Shown here piece by piece: positions 37,213 to 46,097 of a DNA stretch of 64,000 nucleotides. Position numbers and translations under genes: made by a program. The notes below the pieces were generated by a model. It made no database searches. It saw nothing but the letters and a program-made list of their open reading frames with translations, and had not been told where the DNA came from. Source of the DNA: Escherichia phage SP27; the sequence record LC494302.1; one strand, given 5' to 3'. The stretch's first letter is position 1. Each line of letters starts with the position of its first letter.

Positions 37213-37599
37213 TGTTCTACATAGGGTGATGAGTTGCTGCGAACAATTCATTTACTCTACCTCCTGTCGTGAGACAGTACAGAAAAGATAGTTCCTCCTG
37301 TGGTGGTACATCTTTTTGAACCTCATATGAAAATCGTAATAACAGTACTGATATTAACAGAATGGTGTCAGTACTGATTTTAATCTAAAGCATTATGCCA
37401 CCAGCACAAGTTGGTGGATTCCCTCTAACAGTATTCAGTACTACATGATAGTCTTCATCCTCCTAGGGTAACATAGTGAGGGCTATGATGGCAGTACTGA
37501 ATACTCCCTTTCAAAAGATAGATCTATGGTATAGTACTGACGGATTTTGGGTGTAGTTACCCTGGATGGATTTTGGACGTAGATATGTCTAGCCCTCCA

Positions 37600-37735
37600 G
37601 AAGTCTGGAAGTAAAGATGGCTATCCATCTAGACGGCTAAACGGATAGATTTCTGGATGGCTGGATGGCTAGACGTTTGGACGGCTAAACGGCTAGATGG
37701 TTACACGTCTGGAAGTATAGACGGCTAAATCAAAA
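37600..37735. repeat. cluster of short direct repeats (GACGGCTAAACGG / GGATGGCT / CTAGACG)
   Basis: GACGGCTAAACGG x3-4 and GGATGGCT x3 within about 130 bp. Confidence 0.55.
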
Positions 37736-38074
37736 TTTTATTTTGTTTTTTCCAATAGTTCCCCTACCGCGTGGGGATAGTTTCCCCGCAGTATCTGGAG
37801 TTAGATTTTTCTGAATCTGGAATCATTATCTTATAAACTGGGGGCAATGTCAACGGCCTGGACGGATATTTTTAAAAATTTTTTCAGTACTGAATTTTGG
37901 GCGTAACTATGCACCCGGTGGGCTTGAGTCTTTCTCGACTTGATGGAACTATTATACAGTACTGAAAAAATAAAGCAATACCCTGGAAGCAAAAAAGTTT
38001 TAATTAATTTGCTTGCTATCCTGGGCCGGACTATGGTACTATATTTCAGTACTGAGAAAGTGCGTTTACCTGCT

Positions 38075-38145
38075 AGGGTGCGGGAGTGTATCCTTTTTTT
38101 ATATCTTGAATTTTGGGCGTAATTCCGCACCCTCTGGGGTTTCCG
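38075..38145 (+). repeat. leader-box-like element with long-range stem
   Basis: AGGGTGCGGGAGTGTATC ... CCGCACCCT: 9-bp inverted repeat enclosing about 40 nt. Confidence 0.35.
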
Positions 38146-38233
38146 CTTTCTCGCGTCTATGTAGTAATTATACGCTTTTTCAGGATCAAGTCAATACCTA
38201 AAAACAAAATAATTGAAAATAATTTAACGCGTT

Positions 38234-38322
38234 TAAACGGCCCGTAACGCCCTGGAATGATTAGAATGGTGCAAATGTATAGCTTAGGTGTATTAATGCG
38301 TTAGAATGCGTCTGAGGCCGTT
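38234..38322. repeat. inverted-repeat-bounded element containing GTTAGAATGCG motif
   Basis: AAACGGCC ... GGCCGTTT arms; GTTAGAATGCG also recurs near 44328 (rc), 44397, 48431. Confidence 0.35.
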
Positions 38323-38469
38323 TTATGGGGTGTAGTAGTGATTTGGTTGATTCAGTACTGAATAATAGTACTCCTATATAGAAAGATAGTTCCCCTGGAT
38401 GGTTGCAGTACTGAATAATAGTACTCCTATATAGAAAGAAAACTATTTTAAAAGTATTTGTAGAAAGTA

Positions 38470-38530
38470 CTTGCACCGTACTGATAAAAGCGTATAATGT
38501 TTTACATCGAGAGCGGGAACACTTCCCGCT
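38470..38530 (+). promoter_or_regulatory. PeSL cassette
   Basis: ACTTGCAC..GCGTATAATGTTTTACATC + hairpin AGCGGGAACACTTCCCGCT. Confidence 0.65.
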
Positions 38531-38553
38531 ACACATTAAGAGAGATTAAAACG

Positions 38554-38916
38554 ATGGCGACTCAAATCAATAAAATCATGCTTAACCTGGTAAACTTCCG
38601 CGATGAGATGAAAGGTCTTCCGGCTGAAACTGTAAAAATTCACATTGCAGCTTATCGGGAACTTATTGCAATGTTGCCGCTTAAGCGTGAACAATACGCC
38701 GCTACTTTGATGCTGGATTCAATGATCCATATAATGATCTCAAATGATTTAACGATGGTTTATCAGTACATGGGCGAAAATTTCGCGGTGTGTAGTAAGC
38801 CAGTACCAGGGATGGCAACAACTGAGGAATTGCACGGCTTAAACTTAAAACAAGATGCATGGGATAATATGCCTCGTTTCCTGGTATGGGCTGACAGTGG
38901 CAAAATTTACAAATAA
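38554..38916 (+). CDS. hypothetical protein
   Basis: PeSL cassette then AAGAGAG RBS before ATG 38554 (track ORF start lies in promoter). Confidence 0.6.
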   Translation: MATQINKIMLNLVNFRDEMKGLPAETVKIHIAAYRELIAMLPLKREQYAATLMLDSMIHIMISNDLTMVYQYMGENFAVCSKPVPGMATTEELHGLNLKQDAWDNMPRFLVWADSGKIYK

Positions 38917-38930
38917 GTTTAATAAAGTAC

Positions 38931-38990
38931 TTGCAAACTATGTTTAATGGCGTATAATGTTTTACATCAGGTGGGGAATAGTTCCCCACT
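38931..38990 (+). promoter_or_regulatory. PeSL cassette
   Basis: TTGCAA-16-TATAAT + hairpin GTGGGGAATAGTTCCCCAC. Confidence 0.65.
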
Positions 38991-39008
38991 ATATAAGAGG
39001 ATTAAAAA

Positions 39009-39248
39009 ATGGCTAAATCAAAAATGTTCTTAGGTCACAAAAACAAAACTCATTGGAATGTAAGCCTGTGGATTAATAACGATGAGGGATTGTATCGGTT
39101 GGCCCTGGACTTTATTGCCGCCAATACTAATCGCAATGATGCGGCCCGTCATATGATGTTATTTTTAGAACAGACTGGACAAGATAAAACACCGGACGGA
39201 TTCAAATATAGCACTACTGCGATCCGTGCGGCGATGGTTGGAATGTAA
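39009..39248 (+). CDS. hypothetical protein, family C (paralog of 41050..41289)
   Basis: PeSL + AAGAGG RBS; shared GHKNKTHWNVSLWINN and PDGFKYSTTAIRAAMVGM. Confidence 0.65.
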   Translation: MAKSKMFLGHKNKTHWNVSLWINNDEGLYRLALDFIAANTNRNDAARHMMLFLEQTGQDKTPDGFKYSTTAIRAAMVGM

Positions 39249-39261
39249 TAGAATTTATTTA

Positions 39262-39297
39262 AAGTACTATCATTTTTTTGCGATAGTACTTTATAAT
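39262..39297 (+). promoter_or_regulatory. promoter with AGTACTAT..ATAGTACT palindrome (operator-like)
   Basis: AGTACTATC..GATAGTACT inverted repeat + TATAAT; weak -35. Confidence 0.4.
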
Positions 39298-39334
39298 AGT
39301 GTTTTATTCATACACCAACGATAAGGGCAACAGC

Positions 39335-39601
39335 ATGAATATTAAGTATTTTGCGACGCGTGAACAAGCTCGGATCGCCGCACGCCAGGACGGGGCAACG
39401 TTTAAAGATATGGGAGCGGGATCGGCAAGTGGTGAACGTTGGGCCATTGTAAAGCGTAGTACGGCCAGATCTTTACAGTACTGGTTAGCGGCCTTAAAAA
39501 GTCCCGATAGTGTATCGCGTCGAGTGGTAGAAATAAAGCTCGACCGAAAGGGCAACCGCGTGACCGTGTACCGTACTAAAAAGATTGCAGTACTTGAATA
39601 A
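39335..39601 (+). CDS. hypothetical protein, family A (paralog of 52376..52771)
   Basis: AAGGG before ATG 39335; shared FYATREQARI..TFKDMG and DRKGNRVTVY. Confidence 0.6.
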   Translation: MNIKYFATREQARIAARQDGATFKDMGAGSASGERWAIVKRSTARSLQYWLAALKSPDSVSRRVVEIKLDRKGNRVTVYRTKKIAVLE

Positions 39602-39608
39602 AAAGTAC

Positions 39609-39668
39609 TTGCAAACTATGTTTAATGGCGTATAATGTTTTACATCGAGAGCGGGAACACTTCCCGCC
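39609..39668 (+). promoter_or_regulatory. PeSL cassette
   Basis: near-identical to 38931 copy; hairpin AGCGGGAACACTTCCCGC. Confidence 0.65.
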
Positions 39669-39688
39669 TATAACCTGGAGTAATAAAA

Positions 39689-39919
39689 ATGACTAATATG
39701 TATATGACTGAAGTTAAAACCGTAAAAGATACTACCACGAATAAAACTACTTACTTACAGCGGATCTGTGGTGTATGGCAACGTATCAGCAAATCAAAGT
39801 ACTTTAAATTAACATCATATGCAAATCGTTCGGATTCATTCAGTACTGAAATAAAAGGTAATAAAGTACACCAATACGGCACTTATTATTATTATAGCCT
39901 GGACGCGATTGCAGTATAA
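39689..39919 (+). CDS. hypothetical protein
   Basis: PeSL + GGAG RBS; 76 aa. Confidence 0.55.
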   Translation: MTNMYMTEVKTVKDTTTNKTTYLQRICGVWQRISKSKYFKLTSYANRSDSFSTEIKGNKVHQYGTYYYYSLDAIAV

Positions 39920-39949
39920 GCAGTTTACAAATCTTTACAATTGCCGGTA

Positions 39950-39978
39950 TTGACTTATTTTGTCAGTACTGGCATAAT
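39950..39978 (+). promoter_or_regulatory. sigma70-like promoter
   Basis: TTGACT-17-CATAAT, leader box follows about 25 nt downstream. Confidence 0.45.
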
Positions 39979-40002
39979 GTATTCATTGGCAGATAAGCCG
40001 TA

Positions 40003-40030
40003 GCCCATAGGGTGCGGGAGTGTATCTATA
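40003..40030 (+). promoter_or_regulatory. conserved leader box AGCCCAYAGGGTGC..GTGTATCTA
   Basis: one of 7 copies, each about 20-25 nt after a promoter -10. Confidence 0.4.
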
Positions 40031-40169
40031 GAAAAAGTAGTTTAGTATAGTTACAATTGTGCACCCGGTGGGTTAGCTGTTGTCATGGGGTATATTATGC
40101 CAGTACTTGATAATGCTGTCAATACTTTTTTTTTAATATTCAGTACTGAAAACTATTTTTAAAAAGTAC

Positions 40170-40320
40170 TTGCAAACTATGTTTAAAGGCGTATAATGTT
40201 TTACATCAGGACGGGGAACGAAATAAGTAACTTCCCGTTAAGTAGCCCAGGAGTAAGGCACACGAAAAACTCCCCTGATAAAATAGTTTGACAATTGTTT
40301 TTAAAAGCGTATAATACTTA
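40170..40320 (+). promoter_or_regulatory. dual-promoter cassette with structured leader (copy 1)
   Basis: TTGCAA/TATAAT, then about 70-nt element ATCAGGACGGGGAACG..ACTCCCCTGAT, then TTGACA-16-TATAAT; about 90% identical to 51146..51292. Confidence 0.55.
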
Positions 40321-40347
40321 CATCAACTACTGAATGAGGGTTACAAA

Positions 40348-40959
40348 ATGAAAACTATCACTACTACTACTTATGTTATGGCTTTTTCTGAATTGAACGC
40401 AGAACAACAAACGTCAGCTATCGAACTGGTTCGGGAACGTGAAAAAAACTTAAACGATGATTATTTTTCTGAAAGTGAAATTGAATACTATAAAGAAACA
40501 GTACTACCGGAATATGGCATTAATGACGCTGAAATACAATTCAGTGGCTTTTGGTCCCAGGGTGACGGTGCATCAATCAGTACTGACCACGTTGACGCAG
40601 TGAAGTTTTTACGCAAGGTAAGAGCATTAACTAAGTATCGCTCAATCCGTCACTTGCTGAATGAAGATGATTTGGCGATGAGTGTAAAGCGTTCGCACTC
40701 CCACTACTCGCATGAGAATACTGTAAGCGGGTACATTGAATCGGCTTACACTGATTTAACCGCAAAACAAGAAACGTTAGTTAATGAGCTTGAGGAACTA
40801 CTCACTGAAACTATTCGTGAATTATCCCGCAAGTTGTACCGTGATTTAGAGAATGCATATGAGGATCAATTCACTACTGAAAACATTACGGCACTGATTG
40901 AGGGTAACGAATATCAATTCAATGTTATTGATGGAGTAGTAGAATCAATCGAATATTAA
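40348..40959 (+). CDS. hypothetical acidic protein (203 aa)
   Basis: TTGACA/TATAAT promoter and GAGGG RBS upstream. Confidence 0.6.
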   Translation: MKTITTTTYVMAFSELNAEQQTSAIELVREREKNLNDDYFSESEIEYYKETVLPEYGINDAEIQFSGFWSQGDGASISTDHVDAVKFLRKVRALTKYRSIRHLLNEDDLAMSVKRSHSHYSHENTVSGYIESAYTDLTAKQETLVNELEELLTETIRELSRKLYRDLENAYEDQFTTENITALIEGNEYQFNVIDGVVESIEY

Positions 40960-40971
40960 TTTAAAAAGTAC

Positions 40972-41034
40972 TTGCAAACTAAGTTTAAAAGCGTATAATA
41001 CTTTATATCGAGGCGGGGAGTGGTTCCCCGCTCA
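40972..41034 (+). promoter_or_regulatory. PeSL cassette
   Basis: TTGCAA-16-TATAAT + hairpin GGCGGGGAGTGGTTCCCCGCTC. Confidence 0.65.
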
Positions 41035-41049
41035 AACGAGGATTTAAAA

Positions 41050-41289
41050 ATGGCTAGTACTAAAACTTACAACGGACACAAAAACAAAACTCATTGGAAT
41101 GTAAGCCTTTGGATTAATAACGGTGAGTCATTGTATCGGCTTGCTCAAAGTTGCATCGCACAAAGTAGAACTAAAGATATTGCTGCGGAATGTATGTACC
41201 GCAGATTAAAAGCCAACGGTACTACTACAACGCCGGACGGCTTTAAGTATAGCACTACTGCGATCCGTGCTGCAATGGTTGGAATGTAA
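41050..41289 (+). CDS. hypothetical protein, family C (paralog of 39009..39248)
   Basis: PeSL + GAGGA RBS before ATG 41050. Confidence 0.65.
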   Translation: MASTKTYNGHKNKTHWNVSLWINNGESLYRLAQSCIAQSRTKDIAAECMYRRLKANGTTTTPDGFKYSTTAIRAAMVGM

Positions 41290-41346
41290 TATTCAGTACT
41301 GAGATAATGGCGGGAACTATTACCCGCCTTTACTGAGGGTTATCTA

Positions 41347-41634
41347 ATGAGTAAAGTAATAAAGTACAATGTGTTAAGCAAATCATTGTCTATCAGTGAA
41401 TGCACCGATGGTTTTTGGATGTACGATGAAACGCGTGGCATGAATTTAGCTATGCGTGCAAAAACTGCTGAGGCGGCGTATATTCAAGCACTGGAATACT
41501 ACCAGGAACGTTTGAAGGAAGTAGAAGAAGATTATAAAAGCCTCAAAGCGAAAGTAGATCATTTCGTCGGTCAATTCGTGGAAGACAACGACGAGGACGG
41601 GCACTACTGCGACCGTTGCGGATCTTACAGTTAA
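41347..41634 (+). CDS. hypothetical protein
   Basis: hairpin then GAGGG RBS; 95 aa, C-terminal CDRC. Confidence 0.55.
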   Translation: MSKVIKYNVLSKSLSISECTDGFWMYDETRGMNLAMRAKTAEAAYIQALEYYQERLKEVEEDYKSLKAKVDHFVGQFVEDNDEDGHYCDRCGSYS

Positions 41635-41651
41635 GTACTAAGGATTATATA

Positions 41652-41864
41652 ATGAGTGATTTAATTGAACGTATCAAAGAGCTTGAAGAAAAAGAATTGC
41701 AGTTGATCGGGTTACGGAATAAAGTATTCCATGATTTAGGTGGCTTTATTAATGCCTGGGATAGTGGCGATCCTGATGCGTTACCTGCTAACCGCCAGGC
41801 GATGATCAATGATGTGCGTGGTGTCTTTGATTATGTTTTAAAAGTACTAGACACTAAGCAATAA
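41652..41864 (+). CDS. hypothetical protein
   Basis: AAGGA RBS before ATG 41652. Confidence 0.5.
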   Translation: MSDLIERIKELEEKELQLIGLRNKVFHDLGGFINAWDSGDPDALPANRQAMINDVRGVFDYVLKVLDTKQ

Positions 41865-41925
41865 AGGCGTATAATACTTTATATTGGTACTGACAAACAT
41901 TATAAGCGATGCAGGAGCTTTAATC

Positions 41926-42111
41926 ATGACAACATTATCTGAGGTTATCCGCGATCAAGCTGCAAAGGCTGGAATGACTGTTATCAATGTAGGGATCAAG
42001 ATTGAGATCTCCCCTAACGAGTTGCAAGGGATTCCCGATCCTACTAGCTGGGATCGTGCTGGGCGAATGATGAGTAATGCTTCATTACTGGACGGTACAA
42101 AATTTAATTAA
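41926..42111 (+). CDS. hypothetical protein
   Basis: AGGAG RBS before ATG 41926. Confidence 0.5.
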   Translation: MTTLSEVIRDQAAKAGMTVINVGIKIEISPNELQGIPDPTSWDRAGRMMSNASLLDGTKFN

Positions 42112-42118
42112 AAAGTAC

Positions 42119-42180
42119 TTGCAATTAGTTTTCAGTACTGTATAATGGTTTACATCAAAGGGAGAAATGGTTCTCCCTGG
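42119..42180 (+). promoter_or_regulatory. PeSL cassette
   Basis: TTGCAA-16-TATAAT + hairpin GGGAGAAATGGTTCTCCC. Confidence 0.65.
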
Positions 42181-42196
42181 TAATGAGGAAAATACA

Positions 42197-42418
42197 ATGG
42201 CTAATATCACTACTCTTTCCCAACTGGAAGCACTGGTTAAATCTATGCGGGAACATGCCGACAAAATCGGCGTACAAGATCCAGCCGTTTGCTTCTGCGA
42301 CGAATTGAATGATGATACACTGGTAATAGCAGAAGTCCAGGACGTTTCTAACTATTCCTCGCGTTACACTGGCGGCGTAGCAAATAAAGGTGACTTCTGT
42401 TTATACCTTACAAAATAA
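42197..42418 (+). CDS. hypothetical protein
   Basis: PeSL + GAGGA RBS before ATG 42197; followed by hairpin terminator. Confidence 0.6.
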   Translation: MANITTLSQLEALVKSMREHADKIGVQDPAVCFCDELNDDTLVIAEVQDVSNYSSRYTGGVANKGDFCLYLTK

Positions 42419-42421
42419 CAA

Positions 42422-42452
42422 CGCGGGGAGATAATAACTCCCCGTTACTTTT
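42422..42452 (+). terminator. rho-independent terminator
   Basis: CGGGGAGATAATAACTCCCCG + TTACTTTTT. Confidence 0.6.
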
Positions 42453-42586
42453 TCAGTACTGAATCATTTAATAGACGGATCTCGGCACCCGGTGGGTTAG
42501 TGACTGTTTCGTCTTGATGTAGTAATTATGCCAGTACTGGATGCACTTGTCAACAACTATTTTTCAAATACTTTTTATTAAAATAC

Positions 42587-42645
42587 TTGCAATTAGTTTT
42601 TAAACGCGTATAATGTTTTGCATAGGGGGAGCGGTTCCCCTGGTA
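42587..42645 (+). promoter_or_regulatory. PeSL cassette
   Basis: TTGCAA-16-TATAAT + hairpin GGGGGAGCGGTTCCCC. Confidence 0.65.
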
Positions 42646-42661
42646 ACTAAGGAATAATAAA

Positions 42662-42898
42662 ATGCTTGAACAAATCAAATCAACGTCTGCGAATGTAACG
42701 GGAACGGTTGTACACTTTACTAGTGATGAATCGCGGGGCGTTCCCTATTGTGCTGTACATGTAAACACTGATGGCAACTACTGGTTTACGGTTTACGGAT
42801 CATATTCATTTGGACGGCCAGGGCATCAAAAAATTCTGGATAAAGTACAACCAACGGGTAAAAATATCACTGCCGAAATGTTTTATAAAAAATCATAA
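42662..42898 (+). CDS. hypothetical protein
   Basis: PeSL + AAGGA RBS; 78 aa. Confidence 0.6.
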   Translation: MLEQIKSTSANVTGTVVHFTSDESRGVPYCAVHVNTDGNYWFTVYGSYSFGRPGHQKILDKVQPTGKNITAEMFYKKS

Positions 42899-42903
42899 AG
42901 TAC

Positions 42904-42965
42904 TTGCAATTAGTTTTTAGTACTGTATAATATTTTACATCGCAAGGGGAAACGGTTTCCCCTGG
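42904..42965 (+). promoter_or_regulatory. PeSL cassette
   Basis: TTGCAA-16-TATAAT + hairpin GGGGAAACGGTTTCCCC. Confidence 0.65.
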
Positions 42966-42982
42966 TAACTAAGGATAATCAA

Positions 42983-43282
42983 ATGAAAATTGCAATCATC
43001 GCCCTGGCTTTATCTGTTTCCTCTTTCGCTGTTAATGCGTCGTTAGATGTAAGTAGTGAAAAATTCATTCAGTGCACTGTTGCAATGACCGATGAAAGAA
43101 CTGGCGAGATTGTATTAAAGGATTTAGAGATCCAGCCGGAAGCATTTAAAAACGGCCCGTTCCATGAAGAAGACGAAAACGGTAGCACGACAATTTATTA
43201 TGATGCCAGTTCCAAGCGTGGATCGGTCACTGTAATGGATACTGAGAAAGTAACACACACAGGCGTTATTAATTGCCGTTGA
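42983..43282 (+). CDS. hypothetical secreted protein
   Basis: PeSL + AAGGA RBS; signal peptide MKIAIIALALSVSSFAVNA. Confidence 0.6.
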   Translation: MKIAIIALALSVSSFAVNASLDVSSEKFIQCTVAMTDERTGEIVLKDLEIQPEAFKNGPFHEEDENGSTTIYYDASSKRGSVTVMDTEKVTHTGVINCR

Positions 43283-43303
43283 TAGATACTACGGGGTAAC
43301 ATC

Positions 43304-43534
43304 ATGACTAAGCGAATTGTTTTACTTAACGAAAGCAGTACTACACAACTACTTAACGCCGTGCATTATGATATTGAAACGAGCGTTAATCTTATCAGTA
43401 CTGTAGTACTGTTGGACACTGGAAAGGTCGCCAATGATAAAGCGATTGCAGGTATATTAACGGATCTTGAGCCTGGTAGCAGTGCACCCATAACGTTAAA
43501 TGGTAAAGTGTTTAATATTTTACTCACTGATTAA
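43304..43534 (+). CDS. hypothetical protein
   Basis: GGGG RBS; 76 aa; followed by hairpin terminator. Confidence 0.55.
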   Translation: MTKRIVLLNESSTTQLLNAVHYDIETSVNLISTVVLLDTGKVANDKAIAGILTDLEPGSSAPITLNGKVFNILLTD

Positions 43535-43540
43535 GTACAT

Positions 43541-43568
43541 AGCCCACCAGGTGGGCTTTTTTGTTTTT
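43541..43568 (+). terminator. rho-independent terminator
   Basis: AGCCCACCAGGTGGGCT + TTTTTGTTTTT. Confidence 0.7.
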
Positions 43569-43616
43569 ATAGTATCGTAGTACTGAGATACTTTGAAAAT
43601 AGTTTTAAGAAAGTAG

Positions 43617-43700
43617 TTGACATTACCACAGAAAAGCGTAGAATGTATTACATCAAGACGGGGAGCACTAAGTAGACCGCCAGTAAGTCGAACGAAAAAC
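43617..43700 (+). promoter_or_regulatory. promoter + divergent structured leader
   Basis: TTGACA-16-TAGAAT then ACATCAAGACGGGGAGC.. element partly similar to the 40200/51180 leader. Confidence 0.4.
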
Positions 43701-43767
43701 TGGACACGTCGAGAAAACTTTGATACACTAATAAACGTAAACTAAACTTTAATTGAGGATTTATAAA

Positions 43768-44250
43768 ATGGCTAATGTAAAATCATTCATCAAAGCACTG
43801 GTAGCAAATGAAACTAACGTCGCGGCTGAGATCCTGGCTGAACTGGATAACGATACCATGAAAGCGGTACGCAATAATTTTAACATCGCGTACAGTACTG
43901 CGAAAGAACTACAAGCAAATAAAGCGGCAGAAATTGAAGCGGCAAAGGCGGCCCGTGAAGCAGAACTACAAGCAACAATCGAAAGTATCCAGGCGGCGGT
44001 GTCTGGATTGGATCTGGAAGTGGTTGTGGAAATGGCACATAAAGCCCTGGCGGTTAAGTATGGTGAAGATAAGCCAGAATCTAAACCTAAAAAATGGATT
44101 CAAGAACGTGTTACTGTAGTACTTGATAACGGGGAAGAACATATGATTCCTGTACGCGGTAACTGCATTGCGGTAGTACTGGACGCTATCAAAGAAAGCG
44201 GTATGACTCGCGAGGAATGGATCGAAGCTCATCGCAAAGTTGAAGCATAA
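43768..44250 (+). CDS. hypothetical protein with Ala/Glu-rich helical segment
   Basis: GAGGA RBS before ATG 43768; followed by hairpin terminator. Confidence 0.6.
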   Translation: MANVKSFIKALVANETNVAAEILAELDNDTMKAVRNNFNIAYSTAKELQANKAAEIEAAKAAREAELQATIESIQAAVSGLDLEVVVEMAHKALAVKYGEDKPESKPKKWIQERVTVVLDNGEEHMIPVRGNCIAVVLDAIKESGMTREEWIEAHRKVEA

Positions 44251-44271
44251 CAATTAAAGTACTGAATCACT

Positions 44272-44300
44272 AGCCCACCTTAAACAGTGGGCTTTTTTGT
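44272..44300 (+). terminator. rho-independent terminator
   Basis: AGCCCACC..AGTGGGCT + TTTTTGTG. Confidence 0.65.
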
Positions 44301-44309
44301 GTCTGTAGT

Positions 44310-44410
44310 ATTCCAGTCCACCAGCACCGCCTAGAATCGATTCTAACGCATTAAACTGATTATCTGATGCATTGCCCTAGCTGGTGGCGTGAAGGTCGTT
44401 AGAATGCGAT
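44310..44410. repeat. nested imperfect inverted repeats
   Basis: CCACCAGC..GCTGGTGG and AGAATCGATTCTAACGC / CGTTAGAATGCGATT arms. Confidence 0.4.
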
Positions 44411-44452
44411 TGAGAGCGTTTAAAGTATTTTGCAAAAAGTAATAAAAAGTAC

Positions 44453-44515
44453 TTGCACGATTAAGAGATTAGCGTATAATGTTTTACATCGAGAGGGGGA
44501 AACGGTTCTCCTTCC
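44453..44515 (+). promoter_or_regulatory. PeSL cassette
   Basis: TTGCAC..TATAAT + hairpin GAGGGGGAAACGGTTCTCCTTC. Confidence 0.6.
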
Positions 44516-44535
44516 AAATCAAAGGAATCAAAACA

Positions 44536-44763
44536 ATGGCTATTATCATTACTCGCGTATCTGGTACTACTGGCAACGAACAAGTAGTTGCAGTCATTAC
44601 CAACAAGGAAGGTGCGGAATTGCAAAATGCAATGAATACCTGGGCCGTTAATGAGTTCGGTCAGTGGGCAAGTGTAGCATACATTGAAACCTATCAAGTG
44701 CCGTCGATTAGTTTAACTGATTTGGGCGTTGAGCGTATCCTTTGCCTGGATGAATTAAATTAA
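44536..44763 (+). CDS. hypothetical protein
   Basis: PeSL + AAGGAA RBS before ATG 44536. Confidence 0.6.
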   Translation: MAIIITRVSGTTGNEQVVAVITNKEGAELQNAMNTWAVNEFGQWASVAYIETYQVPSISLTDLGVERILCLDELN

Positions 44764-44771
44764 AAAAGTAC

Positions 44772-44831
44772 TTGCAAAGTAAATCGAATAAAGTATAATA
44801 CATTACATCAAGGGGAGAAATGGTTCTCCCC
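44772..44831 (+). promoter_or_regulatory. PeSL cassette
   Basis: TTGCAA-16-TATAAT + hairpin GGGGAGAAATGGTTCTCCCC. Confidence 0.65.
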
Positions 44832-44848
44832 ACTACAAGGAAACTAAA

Positions 44849-44992
44849 ATGAAAACTTGTCAATGTGGTCAGAAATCTATTACGGGTTTAAAGCGGGGCG
44901 TTGCTCTTTGCCAGTACCATTATAATTTACAAGTATGGGGTAAAGAATGGGCCGACCAGGTGGAAGCAGCAAAGAAAGCAAAAAGTAAGTAA
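44849..44992 (+). CDS. hypothetical small Cys-containing protein (47 aa)
   Basis: PeSL + AAGGAAA RBS; ORF MKTCQCGQKSITGLKRGVALCQYHYN...; below track cutoff. Confidence 0.45.
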   Translation: MKTCQCGQKSITGLKRGVALCQYHYNLQVWGKEWADQVEAAKKAKSK

Positions 44993-45002
44993 AAATATTA
45001 TC

Positions 45003-45040
45003 ACAGTACTATTGACATAGTTTGATAGTACTGGCATAAT
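45003..45040 (+). promoter_or_regulatory. palindromic-operator promoter
   Basis: AGTACTATTGACATAGTTTGATAGTACT: TTGACA-17-CATAAT flanked by AGTACTAT/ATAGTACT inverted repeat. Confidence 0.55.
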
Positions 45041-45073
45041 AGATTTTATCAAGACAACTAAGAGGAAATTAAA

Positions 45074-45418
45074 ATGGCTAACATCAATACTATAGCAGCA
45101 CAAAATATCAACCTGTCTTCTGTTGAAGTTGTACACATTGCCGCCCGGCGTTGGTTCCAGGCGTCTTATGGTAATACTTATTTCTCTTTAACGGTAGATG
45201 TTGAAATCAATGGCGAATTTATTGAAGTAGTAAACGTGCCGTTCCAATATGGCTACGGGGATCATTTTGACACTGTAGCAATGGAAGAATTTAGCAAGGT
45301 TATTAATATGGAAGGTAAAGAGTTTTTACGCGGTTCTTATCTTTCCCGTTTTTGCCGTGATAATAATATCACTGTTTATAGTTCGGTAACTGATGTTAAA
45401 CGCAAAAAAGATCTTTAA
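45074..45418 (+). CDS. hypothetical protein, family B (paralog of 51957..52280)
   Basis: palindromic promoter + AGAGGAA RBS; shared GNTY..YGYG..DVKRKKD. Confidence 0.6.
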   Translation: MANINTIAAQNINLSSVEVVHIAARRWFQASYGNTYFSLTVDVEINGEFIEVVNVPFQYGYGDHFDTVAMEEFSKVINMEGKEFLRGSYLSRFCRDNNITVYSSVTDVKRKKDL

Positions 45419-45498
45419 TTAGCTTTACTTTATGCAGATACTTTGATATAGTGTCTGCATAGGGGAAAGAAATTAAATTAACTTAAGAGGATAGTATA

Positions 45499-45768
45499 AT
45501 GAAAAATATCAGTACTTTAATCGATGCAGGTACACATGTTCGGCGGTCTATGGTTGCAACCAGTACTACAAAACAAGTAGCGAGCGGTTATCTTGTATTT
45601 GTGCACGATGGAAAACTCCTGGAACGTTCAATCAATTTTGATGTTAAAAACAATTGCCGTTTTATTATCTTTAAGCGTGAGCAATATAAAATTGATTTAC
45701 CAGCAAAGCCCATTAGTGGGGCGTACAACGTGCAATCAATGTTTGAACGTCAACCATACACCTATTAA
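45499..45768 (+). CDS. hypothetical protein
   Basis: AGAGGA RBS; 89 aa. Confidence 0.55.
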   Translation: MKNISTLIDAGTHVRRSMVATSTTKQVASGYLVFVHDGKLLERSINFDVKNNCRFIIFKREQYKIDLPAKPISGAYNVQSMFERQPYTY

Positions 45769-45819
45769 TCAAAACATCGTTAGCGGTCGATTCAGGCCGC
45801 TTATATTGGGGATTATACC

Positions 45820-46092
45820 ATGAACGTTAATCAAGTACTGAATGAGATCGAAAGCATCATTAAACCGATGAAGCGTACTGATGCTATGTTAACACCGGAA
45901 GAATGCCGCCTTTATGAGCGTTACAGCGTCGAACAAGTCCAGGCAATGGCTATGGCTACCCCAGCCGTTAAACCGCCTGAGAATGCGTTACAGGACGTTA
46001 CAGGGGATTATATCATCAATCCAGTACTAGGGAAGATGGCTGCAATCACCGAAGATCAACAAGACTACTTAAGCCAGTACTTAAAAGGTTAA
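45820..46092 (+). CDS. hypothetical protein
   Basis: GGGGA RBS; 90 aa; contains 20-nt stretch also found in intergenic DNA near 48430. Confidence 0.55.
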   Translation: MNVNQVLNEIESIIKPMKRTDAMLTPEECRLYERYSVEQVQAMAMATPAVKPPENALQDVTGDYIINPVLGKMAAITEDQQDYLSQYLKG

Positions 46093-46097
46093 TTAAT

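Larger units (their letters stand above)
36549..38460. repeat. ORF-free repeat-rich segment (about 1.9 kb)
   Basis: no ORF with RBS; about 19 AGTACT sites, many as TTCAGTACTGAA; degenerate PeSL-like hairpins, orphan promoter, short direct repeats. Confidence 0.6.

Noticed and set aside
36549-38460. tRNA genes (expected near ip/denV genes in T4) and small ORFs 37831..38130, 37940..38122, 38013..38201
   Set aside because: No cloverleaf with a GTTCGAATC-type T-loop was found by eye; the short ORFs lack RBS and overlap the repeats. A tRNA scan is still worthwhile.
40348-40959. Anti-restriction (ArdA-like) call for the acidic 203-aa protein
   Set aside because: Only overall acidity and size match; no motif could be aligned from memory.
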